DNA from: Chloroflexota bacterium
GTDB taxonomy: Bacteria > Chloroflexota > UBA11872 > VXOZ01
NCBI GenBank assembly: GCA_963662335.2
Contig: CAXXVD010000003.1
Location: forward strand, 352,001-416,000
DNA: 64,000 nucleotides
Direction of reading: 5' to 3'
The position numbers were made by a program, and so were the translations under genes. The notes under the pieces are model-generated. The model ran no database searches. It was given only the letters and a program-made list of their open reading frames with translations, and was not told the origin of the DNA. This document shows positions 19,022 to 28,627 of this stretch, piece by piece. The stretch's first letter is position 1. Every line of letters begins with the position of its first letter.

Positions 19022-19531
19022 TTGAGGCGGCCAATGCGAACACCACTCTTGTCTCTCGTGGCGAACCTCGTTTTCTCAGTGCTCTTCGTACTGGTGACCC
19101 TGGAACTTCTGGCGGCAACTGGCCACAAAGACTTGTCAGGGTGGCCGCTAGTAGGCAATTGGGTAGGGACGTGGCCGACAGCGGCTTGGAAGTACCTTTT
19201 CCTTGTCAGTCTACTGTCCGTATTCAGCCTGGGTGCGGTTCTGCGATTTCCCAATCTGCTTGATCTCGCCGAACAGGTGTCCCAGTACCTAAGGGATTCA
19301 CCAGGAGAAGAAAGCCGGTTGGCAATCTTGACCAGTTTTGCTCTCCTTAGCCTTCGAATCCTCGTTGTAACCTCCCTTATCGTTTCGCCCATTGTATTGA
19401 TTGGAGCTTGGTACTTCCTTTTCCTTGAGGTGGACACGGAGAGACTCAACGGTTTTCAAGTGCTATACTCCATCTTGGCCTATGTATTCTATTTGTTCTA
19501 TGTCTGGCTGCAACGTAGAGCAGAGAATTAA
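19022..19531 (+). CDS. Hypothetical 4-TM membrane protein
   Basis: Four hydrophobic segments; lower-GC islet. Confidence 0.6.
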   Translation: MRRPMRTPLLSLVANLVFSVLFVLVTLELLAATGHKDLSGWPLVGNWVGTWPTAAWKYLFLVSLLSVFSLGAVLRFPNLLDLAEQVSQYLRDSPGEESRLAILTSFALLSLRILVVTSLIVSPIVLIGAWYFLFLEVDTERLNGFQVLYSILAYVFYLFYVWLQRRAEN

Positions 19532-19544
19532 GGGATAGGAAGCG

Positions 19545-20090
19545 ATGGCATACCTTGGAATCGCCGCACTCGTTTTCTTTCTTGTCATCATTCCTTTGCT
19601 CTTGGTAGCAGTAACTGTTGCTGCTATTGCCGGTAAGGTACTGGCCAGAACTGCGAAACCTCGGCGCAAGCTGGAACAAGATGGAGAAAGGCCAACGAGC
19701 GGTCCGGCTACGAGAGCAGTTGAGACGCAACTATTTCAAGATAGGCCTAGCAATAGGGAAGGGGCTGGCGAACAGTCGGTAAGTCGGACTGGTTCGCAGC
19801 GTGATCGAAGTTCGGACTTGTCGCAGGAGGCGGGCGTATACACGGTGTATCTCAAGCTGCCAGTCAATTGGAACGATAGGGCCGAGGACAGTCCGCTCCC
19901 GTGGACAAGGCCCGCTCGCGAATTGGAACCGGATTGGGACAGGGTTGTTCGCAAACTGCTTTCCTCAAGCGATGAGCCATTCACCAACGGGATAGACAAG
20001 GCGGATGTGATTAAGGGGAGCGCTGCGAGCCCGACACGACGCCTCGCCCGTAGGTCTCGCAGCGTAGAGCGCGCTACACCTGCAAAATGA
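19545..20090 (+). CDS. Hypothetical protein with N-terminal TM anchor
   Basis: AGGA RBS; hydrophobic N-terminus; ATGA overlap with the next ORF. Confidence 0.55.
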   Translation: MAYLGIAALVFFLVIIPLLLVAVTVAAIAGKVLARTAKPRRKLEQDGERPTSGPATRAVETQLFQDRPSNREGAGEQSVSRTGSQRDRSSDLSQEAGVYTVYLKLPVNWNDRAEDSPLPWTRPARELEPDWDRVVRKLLSSSDEPFTNGIDKADVIKGSAASPTRRLARRSRSVERATPAK

Positions 20091-20932
20091 ATGCAACCAA
20101 TGACAAGTCTTCCGGCGCGCCAGCCCAACCTAGCCAGGATGATCTCGGCCAAGTCGACCAGATTTGCATTCTGTTGACACGCCTTGCGGGGGATATTGCG
20201 TCGAGGAGTTTTGAACCGGCAAGTGAAAAAGTCGCACTGATGCGGAGCACTCTCTTGCTCTGCGAGCCGCCGGCGCCAGGTCTAGCCCTAACGGTTCTTG
20301 CCTCGCAACACGTAGTTGGAACAGCCACGAGACTATCGCAGGGTGATGTGAAATCGCCTGAACGCGAATGGGACACGGTTTCCGCCGAATGCGAGACTGC
20401 GATCGTGTACATTACTCAGTCGCTGAAAAGCTCCGATAGCGTCGCGACATATAGAGGAGTTTTATCTTTTGTAATCGCAGTCGAGTGGTTGGTAGAGCGA
20501 CTGCATGGGCTGCATAGGGCGTGGGAGCCGGACGGAAGTCTTGATTTAGAAGCACACAGGGACAGGCTACAGTTGCTTGTGAAGCGAGCGTTTGCAGGCG
20601 GAGAATTAGACCAGTGTCTGCCCGCAAGACGCCCTGGGGGCTTGTACCTACTACGCGAAGAACTCTATGGCGCTGCATGGCTCACGGGGTCTCAACATCT
20701 CCGGCTGGCTTCATATCTCTTGACAAGCGTTGCCGGCAACATTGCCAGATCAGTACACGATGCGCAATGGGATGAGGACGACTGGGAAGACTGGGCGCGC
20801 AGGATACTGGTGGCTATGACACAACTCCAGAATGGCCTGGGAAATGAGGATTTGGGCGCAGTATTCTCCGCCTTGGACAGCCTGTGCCTCATTGCTACTC
20901 GCGTGAAGTTTCGAGGACTTCTCTACCTCTAG
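20087..20932 (+). CDS. Hypothetical all-helical protein
   Basis: 281-aa ORF coupled to the upstream gene by an ATGA overlap. Confidence 0.6.
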   Translation: MNATNDKSSGAPAQPSQDDLGQVDQICILLTRLAGDIASRSFEPASEKVALMRSTLLLCEPPAPGLALTVLASQHVVGTATRLSQGDVKSPEREWDTVSAECETAIVYITQSLKSSDSVATYRGVLSFVIAVEWLVERLHGLHRAWEPDGSLDLEAHRDRLQLLVKRAFAGGELDQCLPARRPGGLYLLREELYGAAWLTGSQHLRLASYLLTSVAGNIARSVHDAQWDEDDWEDWARRILVAMTQLQNGLGNEDLGAVFSALDSLCLIATRVKFRGLLYL

Positions 20933-20954
20933 GGGAATTCACTCTACCTTAACC

Positions 20955-21632
20955 TTGTACGACTATCTTCGCCATCGCATTCAGTTAGAGCACTCGGCGG
21001 CGCGGCGCGTTGCCGTCAGCGGTTTGCTGGCGGGCCTCGCGGTGCCAGCCGTAGTCTGGCTGGCGGCAATTTTCCTCAGCCGCTGGGTGTCGTGGCTGAC
21101 GGGCGCTTTGCTGTGGATAGCGTTAGGCGCGGTGGTTTATCTGAGTCTGGCCGGCGCGCTGGCGGCGCTGGCCAACCAGCGCGTCAGCCGGCGCAATGAC
21201 TTCGGTCTCGTCGCCGGGGCGGCGACCCTGCTCATCCTCTGCCTGCCGCTCGGCTTGCTGGTGTCGGAGACGATCACCGCGGGCGCCAACGCCGGCTTTG
21301 CGGCGAACCTCCGCGCCATGTTGTCGCTTGCGACACTCCTGGAGGCGGCCTTTCCGACTCTTCTCGCTGGCCTGCTGCTGACCACGGCGTGGGCGGCGCT
21401 GCTGGTGCCCTGCATGGCGTGGCTGAACGACGCCGACTGGCAGACGATCATGGACCGCATGGTGAACGAGACCTACCACCGGGACTGGCTGGCCTACAAC
21501 CAGAATTTCATCGACCAGAAGAAGATCGCCTACTACCTCAAGACCGGCCAACAAGAGAAAGCGGCCGCTTTGGAAGCCGCGGCCGCCGAGCGTGCCCGGC
21601 ACGTGCCGCCGCGGGGCGCGCCCGATGGCTGA
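20955..21632 (+). CDS. Hypothetical membrane protein
   Basis: 4-5 hydrophobic segments, host-like codon usage, overlaps the PAP2 start. Confidence 0.7.
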   Translation: MYDYLRHRIQLEHSAARRVAVSGLLAGLAVPAVVWLAAIFLSRWVSWLTGALLWIALGAVVYLSLAGALAALANQRVSRRNDFGLVAGAATLLILCLPLGLLVSETITAGANAGFAANLRAMLSLATLLEAAFPTLLAGLLLTTAWAALLVPCMAWLNDADWQTIMDRMVNETYHRDWLAYNQNFIDQKKIAYYLKTGQQEKAAALEAAAAERARHVPPRGAPDG

Positions 21633-22317
21633 GGCCGCGCTGCGCTGGCTGCGCGGGTTTCTGCGCGCGCGTTCCTGGGGTCCGGAACTTGCGTTTCTCG
21701 CGCTCGCGTTGGTCTTGAGCGCCGCGGCCCTGCCGGGCGAGCCGCTGCCGCTCGACGTCCCGCTGGGCGCGGCAATCCAAGCCTGGCAATTCCCGCTCTT
21801 GGAGCCGGCGCTGTGGGCAATCAGCGAGGTAGGCCGGTTCCGCATCGCGGCGCCGGTTACGGCCGGCGTCGTTATCGCGCTCGCGGCTGCCGGTTGGCGG
21901 TGGCAGGCGCTCACGCTCGGCGCCGCAGCGCTCACCGGACAGGGGTTGAGCCATTTGCTCAAGGCGGTCATAGCCAGGCCGCGACCGGAACTGGCGGCAG
22001 ACCAGTTCGCCGCGCTAGGCGTGGATTCCCATGCCTTTCCCAGCGGCCACGCCCTGTCGTCAGCGATCTTCTACGGCTTCTTTGCCGCTTTGCTCTGGCA
22101 GCGCGTCCAGCGGCCGTGGCTGCGCCGGCTTGGCGCCGGCGTCATGCTCACCATGATCGTGCTGGTGGGCATATCCCGCGTCTACCTGGGCGTGCACTGG
22201 CCGAGCGACGTGGCGGGAGGCTACGCCATCGGCATCCTCTGGCTCCTGCTCTGGACGCGCGCGCAACGGGCCTGGGCCGCTGCCGGGCGAGACGGCGGGG
22301 CGGAGGCGCGCGCATGA
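21625..22317 (+). CDS. PAP2 family phosphatase
   Basis: K....RPRP, FPSGH, SRVYLGVHWPSDV motifs. Confidence 0.92.
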   Translation: MAEAALRWLRGFLRARSWGPELAFLALALVLSAAALPGEPLPLDVPLGAAIQAWQFPLLEPALWAISEVGRFRIAAPVTAGVVIALAAAGWRWQALTLGAAALTGQGLSHLLKAVIARPRPELAADQFAALGVDSHAFPSGHALSSAIFYGFFAALLWQRVQRPWLRRLGAGVMLTMIVLVGISRVYLGVHWPSDVAGGYAIGILWLLLWTRAQRAWAAAGRDGGAEARA

Positions 22318-22397
22318 AGAGACGCGGACAAGGGGCGGTTAGTCAGCGTCCACGCGCAGGCGCGCGCCAATGGCAGACACCCGCAGCGCCTTGCTCA

Positions 22398-22735
22398 GGC
22401 GGGGGATAAGCCCTAATGCAATCGCATCAAACGTAATGGCAATGAGAACCACGTCTCACATCTCCGGTAACGCAGGTCTGCAAACCTGCGACGCTGTAGG
22501 GTCGATCTTTTGCGTGTTTTCTTCTCTCGCTCCGGCGGGGGACAAGCCCTAATGGTGTCGCACTAAACAAAAAGACAGCAAAACTCGCGTCCCAGACTTC
22601 TGGTAGCGCAGGTTTGTAACCTGCGAATCTGTTGAGTCAATCCTGTGCGTGTCAGTTTCAATGGCTCCGGCGGGGGACAAGCCCCCGCGCTACGTTAATG
22701 CGACAACATTGGGGACAAGCCCGCGCGCTACGTTC
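22398..22735. repeat. Two tandem ~135-bp composite REP modules (family C GCGGGGGACAAGCCC plus family D GTAGCGCAGGTTTG.AACCTGCG)
   Basis: Same module recurs near 28628-28850, 54890-55065 and 62763-62925. Confidence 0.85.
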
Positions 22736-22805
22736 TTGGGATAACAGCGATTGCCGCCTCTGCATAACCGCGCGGGAGAATCCCGCAAGCGCCGCCTCTC
22801 CCGAC

Positions 22806-22866
22806 TTGTAGCGCGCGCGCCGAATGGCTAGAATAGTGTGGGTAGACTTTGTGTCTACTTTCACAC
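22806..22866 (+). promoter_or_regulatory. cox operon promoter with downstream Rex-like box
   Basis: TTGTAG-N17-TAGAAT (22806-22834); TTGTG-N8-CACAC at 22849-22866. Confidence 0.55.
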
Positions 22867-23128
22867 GGGAGAGCGAATGAGAGCACAAGAGCGCCGTGCG
22901 CGCCGGCCTGCCGTTGCAGCGGGGCGGCCATGCGCTCGCACCCTCTCGCCACGGTATCGTCTACATGGGAGCAAACACAACTAATGGCTGGGTCATGCCA
23001 TCGCTGCGCGGCAGAGCGGCGGTTCTCCGTTCGAGATCTTTGTCTTTGCAACGCCAGCAGCGGAGAATCCTCCGTCATAGGGACAGGCGGGAACCGGGAC
23101 CCGGTACGCCGCCAGGAGGCAGCGTAGC

Positions 23129-24169
23129 ATGCCTTCGGTAAATCACGCCGCGGCCCGGCGGCTCTTGCGCATAGCCGGACTTGCCGCCGCCGGCGCGCTC
23201 GGCGTTGCCGTCCTGGCCGGCTGCGGCGCGGTGGACACGCCGCAGACCATGCTCTTTCCGCGCTCGGACAACAACCAGGTCATCAGCGGCCTCTTTGCCC
23301 CGTTGACCTGGCTGGCGATCGTCATCTTCATCATCGTCCAGGGCTTGCTGCTCTATTCGGTCTACCGCTTCCGCGTGCGCGACGACGACGACAGCATCCC
23401 GCCGCAGGTGCACGGCAATACGCGCCTGGAGATTGCCTGGACGATCGCGCCGTCGATCGTCGTCGTCATCATGCTCATCCTCACGTACCAGGCCATGGCG
23501 AAAATCGAAGCCGCGCCGCCGGACGACGCCCTGCGGGTGCGTGTCATCGGCCACCAGTGGTGGTGGGAAGTCCACTATCCCGACCTGGACCTGGTGACCG
23601 CCAACGAGATTCACATTCCGATCGACCGCCCGGTCTACTTCGAGCTTGAGTCCAACGACGTCATTCACTCCTTCTGGGTGCCGCGGCTCATGGGCAAACG
23701 CGACCTGATGCCGGGCTCCACCAACACCATCTGGTTCACGCCGACTGAAGAGGGCCTCTACCTGGGCCAGTGCGCCGAATACTGCGGCACGGCCCACGCG
23801 CAGATGCGCTACCACGTGGTGGTGGAGTCGGAGACCGCCTTCAACAAGTGGGTCGCCAGGCAGCGGCAGGACGCTGTGGAAGTGACCGGCGACGCCGCCG
23901 AAGGCGCGCAACTCTTCGTCAGCCGCGCCTGCGTCACGTGCCACACCATTCGCGGCACCGACGCCATCGGCACCATCGGCCCGGACCTTACCCACGTCGC
24001 CAGCCGCGCGTTCATCGCCGGCGGCATCATGGAGAACAACCGGGACAACGTCTCGGCCTGGCTGCGGGACCCGCTGGGACTGAAACCGGGCAACAAGATG
24101 ATCCTGCCGATCGAGTTGAGCGAAGAGGACATCCGCTTGCTGACGGCGTACGTGATGGCGCTCAAGTAG
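23129..24169 (+). CDS. coxB: Cytochrome c oxidase subunit II with fused cytochrome c (caa3 type)
   Basis: LAGC lipobox, GHQWWW, DVIHSFW, CuA ligands CAEYCGTAHAQM, heme c CVTCH. Confidence 0.96.
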   Translation: MPSVNHAAARRLLRIAGLAAAGALGVAVLAGCGAVDTPQTMLFPRSDNNQVISGLFAPLTWLAIVIFIIVQGLLLYSVYRFRVRDDDDSIPPQVHGNTRLEIAWTIAPSIVVVIMLILTYQAMAKIEAAPPDDALRVRVIGHQWWWEVHYPDLDLVTANEIHIPIDRPVYFELESNDVIHSFWVPRLMGKRDLMPGSTNTIWFTPTEEGLYLGQCAEYCGTAHAQMRYHVVVESETAFNKWVARQRQDAVEVTGDAAEGAQLFVSRACVTCHTIRGTDAIGTIGPDLTHVASRAFIAGGIMENNRDNVSAWLRDPLGLKPGNKMILPIELSEEDIRLLTAYVMALK

Positions 24170-24180
24170 CGGCGGCAAGA

Positions 24181-24198
24181 TTGTGAAAATGCTCACAA
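24181..24198. promoter_or_regulatory. Rex-like operator between coxB and ctaD
   Basis: TTGTGAAAATGCTCACAA matches TTGTGAA-N4-TTCACAA with one mismatch; TATACT -10 at 24232-24237. Confidence 0.6.
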
Positions 24199-24283
24199 AC
24201 ATTGTACTATTGGAGCGGACGGTACCGCGCGTATACTTTGGTAGAGCGGGTACGCTCACGCTTGGGCAGCGAGGAGTCGCGGC

Positions 24284-26158
24284 ATGGCAACGGTAACAGA
24301 CGTACGCACACAGGAACGGGTTTCCACCGGCGCGGCGGTCTGGAGTTGGGTCACCACCATCGACCACAAGCGCATCGGCGTGCTCTATTTCGTCACGTCG
24401 CTCATCTACTTCCTGGTTGCCGGTTTCGAGGCGTTGCTCATCCGGCTGCAACTCGCCACGCCGGACGGCCAGATACTCGACTCCGACCTGTACAACCAGC
24501 TTTTCACCATGCACGGCACGGCCATGGTCTTCATGGTGGCCATGCCCATGGCCGCGGCCTTCTTCAACTTTCTCATTCCGCTCATGATTGGCGCGCGCGA
24601 CGTGGCCTTTCCGCGCCTCAACGCCTTCAGCTACTGGACGTTCCTCGGCGGCAGCCTGCTCATGCACAGCAGCTTCCTCTTCGGCCAAGCGCCCGACGGC
24701 GGCTGGTTCGGCTACGCCAATCTGACCACCAAAGAGTATTCCCCCGGCCTCAGCATCGACTTCTGGGGCCTCGGCCTGCTGGTGCTCGGTGTGGCGTCGG
24801 TGGCGGCGGCGCTGAACTTCATCATCACGATCATCAACCTGCGCGCGCCGGGCATGACCCTGATGCGCATGCCGGTGTTCGTCTGGATGACATTCGTAAC
24901 CTCATTCCTGATCATCTTCGCCTTTCCCGCCATTACGGCCGCGCTCATCTTCCTGGAATTCGACCGCCTCTTTGGCACGAACTTCTACGAGGTGGCCGAG
25001 GGCGGCGACCCGATGCTCTGGCAGCACCTCTTCTGGGTCTTCGGACACCCGGAGGTCTACATCCTGGTCTTGCCGGGGTTCGGCATCGCCTCGGAAATCC
25101 TGCCCACGTTCTCGCGCAAGCCGATCTTCGGCTACAGCGCCATGGTCTTTGCCGCGGTGTCGATCGGCTTCCTGGGCTTCAGCGTGTGGGCGCACCACAT
25201 GTTCACCACCGGCATGGGCACGATCGCCGACGCCGCGTTCGCCGGTTCCACCATGCTCATCGCCATTCCCACCGGCATCAAGATGTTCAACTGGGTGGCC
25301 ACGTGCTTTGGCGGCCGCATCCGCCTGACCACGCCCATGCTCTTTGCGCTGGGATTCCTGACCACGTTCCTCATTGGCGGCCTGACCGGCCCGATGTTGG
25401 CGGCGGTGCCGCTGGACCTGCACTTCCAGGATAGTTACTTCGTGGTCGGGCACTTCCACTACGTGTTGTTTGGCGGCCTCATCCTGGCCCTGATGGGCGG
25501 CGTCTACTACTGGTATCCCAAGATTACCGGCCGCATGATGAGCGAGAAGATTGGCAAGGTGCACTTCTGGCTCATGTTCCTGAGCATGAACTTCACCTTT
25601 TTCCCGATGCACTTCGTGGGCCTGGACGGCATGCCGCGCCGCGTGGGCACCTATGCCCCCGGCATGGGCTGGGAATTCTGGAACATGTTCATCACCATCA
25701 GCGCCTTTGGCATCGGCCTGTCGATTTTGGTGTTCCTGCACAACTTCGTCGTCAGCTACAAGAAAGGCGAACCCGCCGGCGCCGACCCGTGGGACGCGCG
25801 CACGTTGGAGTGGGCGATTCCCAGCCCGCCGCCGGAGCACAACTTCGATGAAATTCCCCTGGTCACCCACCGCGACCAGGTGTGGTACGACAAGTACGGC
25901 GAGGGCCACGGCAGCGCGGCGGAACTGAGCAAGACCGGCACAGCCGTTGCCGAGCGGGCCGACGATGAGCACGAGGAAGTGGACGTCCACATGCCGAATC
26001 CGTCGTACTGGCCGCTGCTGGTCGGCGCGGGCCTGACAATCGCGGCGGCCGGCTTGATGATCCACATTCTCGTGGCGGTGTTTGGCGTGGCGTGGACGGT
26101 TGTCGCAATCTACGCCTGGTCGCTGGAACCCGCCTCCGACCCGCCCAACGAACACTAG
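24284..26158 (+). CDS. ctaD: Cytochrome c oxidase subunit I (type A1)
   Basis: DHKRIG, FTMHG, FPRLN, GHPEVY, WAHHMF, HFHY, GMPRR. Confidence 0.97.
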   Translation: MATVTDVRTQERVSTGAAVWSWVTTIDHKRIGVLYFVTSLIYFLVAGFEALLIRLQLATPDGQILDSDLYNQLFTMHGTAMVFMVAMPMAAAFFNFLIPLMIGARDVAFPRLNAFSYWTFLGGSLLMHSSFLFGQAPDGGWFGYANLTTKEYSPGLSIDFWGLGLLVLGVASVAAALNFIITIINLRAPGMTLMRMPVFVWMTFVTSFLIIFAFPAITAALIFLEFDRLFGTNFYEVAEGGDPMLWQHLFWVFGHPEVYILVLPGFGIASEILPTFSRKPIFGYSAMVFAAVSIGFLGFSVWAHHMFTTGMGTIADAAFAGSTMLIAIPTGIKMFNWVATCFGGRIRLTTPMLFALGFLTTFLIGGLTGPMLAAVPLDLHFQDSYFVVGHFHYVLFGGLILALMGGVYYWYPKITGRMMSEKIGKVHFWLMFLSMNFTFFPMHFVGLDGMPRRVGTYAPGMGWEFWNMFITISAFGIGLSILVFLHNFVVSYKKGEPAGADPWDARTLEWAIPSPPPEHNFDEIPLVTHRDQVWYDKYGEGHGSAAELSKTGTAVAERADDEHEEVDVHMPNPSYWPLLVGAGLTIAAAGLMIHILVAVFGVAWTVVAIYAWSLEPASDPPNEH

Positions 26159-26217
26159 CGATGAAACACCGGAACACAGTCACTTTGATCAAGGGCTAGC
26201 GTGAGGAGAATCTCTGC

Positions 26218-26850
26218 ATGAGCGAGGCAGCACTCGCCCACGAGGCGCATGAAGAGCATCCAACGTCCACGGGTCTGAACCACCGCAAGATACTCATGTG
26301 GGCCTTCCTCGGCTCGGAGTGCATCTTCTTCGGTTCCCTGATCACCACCTACCTGGTCTACCGGGGCAAGAGCGTCGTCGGCCCGTATCCCAGCGAAATT
26401 CTCAACATCCCGCTCACGTCGGTCAGCACGTTCGTGCTGCTCATGAGCAGTTTGGCGATGGTGCTGGCGCTGGCGGGCTTCGAACGCGCGGCGGGGTCCG
26501 GCGCGGACGAAGAGCGCCGCAGCCGCGAGTTGAAGAAGGGACGCTTCTGGCTGCTCATGACGGCGGTGCTCGGCACCGGCTTCCTGGGCTTCCAGGTCTA
26601 CGAATTCTATGAATTCGTGCACCACGGCCTGGGGCTTACGACCAATCTCTTCGGCACCACCTTCTACGTGCTCACGGGCTTTCACGGCACGCACGTGGGC
26701 GTCGGCGTGCTCTGGCTGGTTTCTATCCTGGTGTTGAGCTACTTCGGCAAGGTGAAGCCGCTTGACGTGGAATTGGGCGGCCTCTACTGGCACTTCGTGG
26801 ACATCGTTTGGATTATCATCTTTACCTTGATCTATCTGATTCCGCATTGA
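26218..26850 (+). CDS. ctaE: Cytochrome c oxidase subunit III
   Basis: FLGSE, TGFHGTHV, LYWHFVDIVWI. Confidence 0.94.
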   Translation: MSEAALAHEAHEEHPTSTGLNHRKILMWAFLGSECIFFGSLITTYLVYRGKSVVGPYPSEILNIPLTSVSTFVLLMSSLAMVLALAGFERAAGSGADEERRSRELKKGRFWLLMTAVLGTGFLGFQVYEFYEFVHHGLGLTTNLFGTTFYVLTGFHGTHVGVGVLWLVSILVLSYFGKVKPLDVELGGLYWHFVDIVWIIIFTLIYLIPH

Positions 26851-26863
26851 GTGGGGGCGAATA

Positions 26864-27222
26864 CCGTAGCGCGGGGGCTTGTCCCGCCATCGGGATGCAA
26901 GGGGCGTCCACAAAGACCGTTCGCCCTGAGCCTGTCGAAGGGTGAACGGCGCTGCGAGGCACGGAGAAGATGAATGCCCGCGTGCCCGGGCATGACGACT
27001 GGATGCCGTAGCGCGGAGGCTTGTCCCGCCATCGGGATGCAAGGGGCGTCCACAAAGACCGTTCGCCCTGAGCCTGTCGAAGGGTGAACGGCGCTGCGAG
27101 GCACGGAGAAGATGAATGCCCGCGTGCCCGGGCATGACGACTGGATGCCGTAGCGCGGGGGCTTGTCCCCCGCCTTTGCCGACGCAGGACGAAGACGGCT
27201 TCCCGCTTGCGCGGGAATGACG
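26864..27222. repeat. Two 142-bp direct repeats plus a partial third, each a mosaic of REP families C, E (CCGTTCGCCCTGAGCCTGTCGAAGGGTGAACGG) and B
   Basis: Units start at 26864, 27006 and 27148, inside the cox operon. Confidence 0.9.
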
Positions 27223-27308
27223 GATTGTTGCGCGCGGACAAGACGGTCTGTTGCGCAGGGGCTTGGCGGCGCGCCGAGGGCCGCACCCGTTAGCGTGAGG
27301 AGAAAAGA

Positions 27309-27629
27309 ATGAGCACAGAAGCAACCCATGCCAATGAGGCCCATGCCGATGAGGCTCACGCCACCACCGGCCATTACGTTCGCATTGCCATTGTCCTTAC
27401 CGTCCTCACCATCCTGGAAGTCGCCACGTACTACCTGGACATCCCGTTTGGGATTCTGGTGCCGCTGCTGCTGGCGCTGGCCGGCCTGAAGTTCGGCCTG
27501 GTTGTCGCCTACTACATGCACTTGCGCTACGATAGCAAGCTCTTCTCCGGCTTCTTCTTCTTTGGCTTCACCATCGAGATTCTCCTGCTGGTCGCGCTTA
27601 CGGTCCTCTTTGGCGTCCGCTCAGGATAA
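27309..27629 (+). CDS. Cytochrome c oxidase subunit IV family protein
   Basis: LTILEV, K...VVAYYMHLRYD; position in operon. Confidence 0.9.
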   Translation: MSTEATHANEAHADEAHATTGHYVRIAIVLTVLTILEVATYYLDIPFGILVPLLLALAGLKFGLVVAYYMHLRYDSKLFSGFFFFGFTIEILLLVALTVLFGVRSG

Positions 27630-28501
27630 TGGTCGGCGCGCTGACCACTCTGGCGGTTGGGGCAAGCTGCGGGCTGGCCGCTCTCTTCTACGCCGTCGGC
27701 GTAACCCGCGCGCAACGGCTGGGCCGCGCCACGCCGCCGCCGTGGCGGCGCATCTCGTTCGGCGCGGGCATCGCGCTGGTGCTCATCGCCCTCATCGGGC
27801 CGGTGGATACGCTCTCCGGCCAGTATTTCACCATGCACATGGCGCAGCACCTGCTGCTGGTGCTCATCGCGCCGCCGCTGCTGCTGCTGGGCGCGCCGGT
27901 GGTGATGGTGCTGCGGGGACTGCCGCCGTTTCTGCAACGGCCGGTATTCGTCACGGTAGCGCGCAACCGGGTCATGCGCCGCGTCACGCGCACGCTGCTG
28001 CACTCCCACGTGGCGCTCGGCCTCTTTCTGGCCACGCTCTGGCTCTGGCACGTGCCGCAACTCTATTCGGCGGCGGTGACCGACGACTTCGTGCACCTGC
28101 TGGAACACACGGCGTTCTTCTGGCCGGCCGTCTTCTTCTGGTGGAACGTGGTCGATTCGTGGCCGTTTCGCGCCCGCCTTTCCGCGCCGCGCCGCCTGCT
28201 CTACATCTTCCTGGCCACGGCGGGGCTCAAGCTGGTGGGGGTCTTGATTACGGTCTCCGGCCAGGTGCTCTACACCGCCTACTTGCTGCCGCGCGACGGC
28301 ACGGCGTTCGCCGCGCTGGACGACCAACGCATTGGCGGCTTGATCATGTGGATGGGCGGCGGCCTCTACATGCTGCTGCCGCTGGCGATCATCTTCTTCC
28401 GCTGGGCGCAGCAGGACGCGCAGGCCGAGCCGCCAACGCCGGGCCGCGAGACGCCGGGCGCGGCCGTCGCGCCGTCGCGGAACTACCACCAACCGCTCTA
28501 G
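27629..28501 (+). CDS. Cytochrome c oxidase caa3 assembly factor (CtaG-like)
   Basis: HMAQHLLL...APPLLLLG, WHVP, EH, DQRIGGLIMW. Confidence 0.9.
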   Translation: MVGALTTLAVGASCGLAALFYAVGVTRAQRLGRATPPPWRRISFGAGIALVLIALIGPVDTLSGQYFTMHMAQHLLLVLIAPPLLLLGAPVVMVLRGLPPFLQRPVFVTVARNRVMRRVTRTLLHSHVALGLFLATLWLWHVPQLYSAAVTDDFVHLLEHTAFFWPAVFFWWNVVDSWPFRARLSAPRRLLYIFLATAGLKLVGVLITVSGQVLYTAYLLPRDGTAFAALDDQRIGGLIMWMGGGLYMLLPLAIIFFRWAQQDAQAEPPTPGRETPGAAVAPSRNYHQPL

Positions 28502-28627
28502 TCCGCGCGCGCTTACGTGGCTAAGATAAGCGAGGTTAGCGCTCCCACGTGTTCGAGACCGTTCTCCACGTGCCGCGCGCCCGGGCCCCACTCTCGCGCG
28601 ACTGCTGGCTCGCGTTCGAACCCAGAG

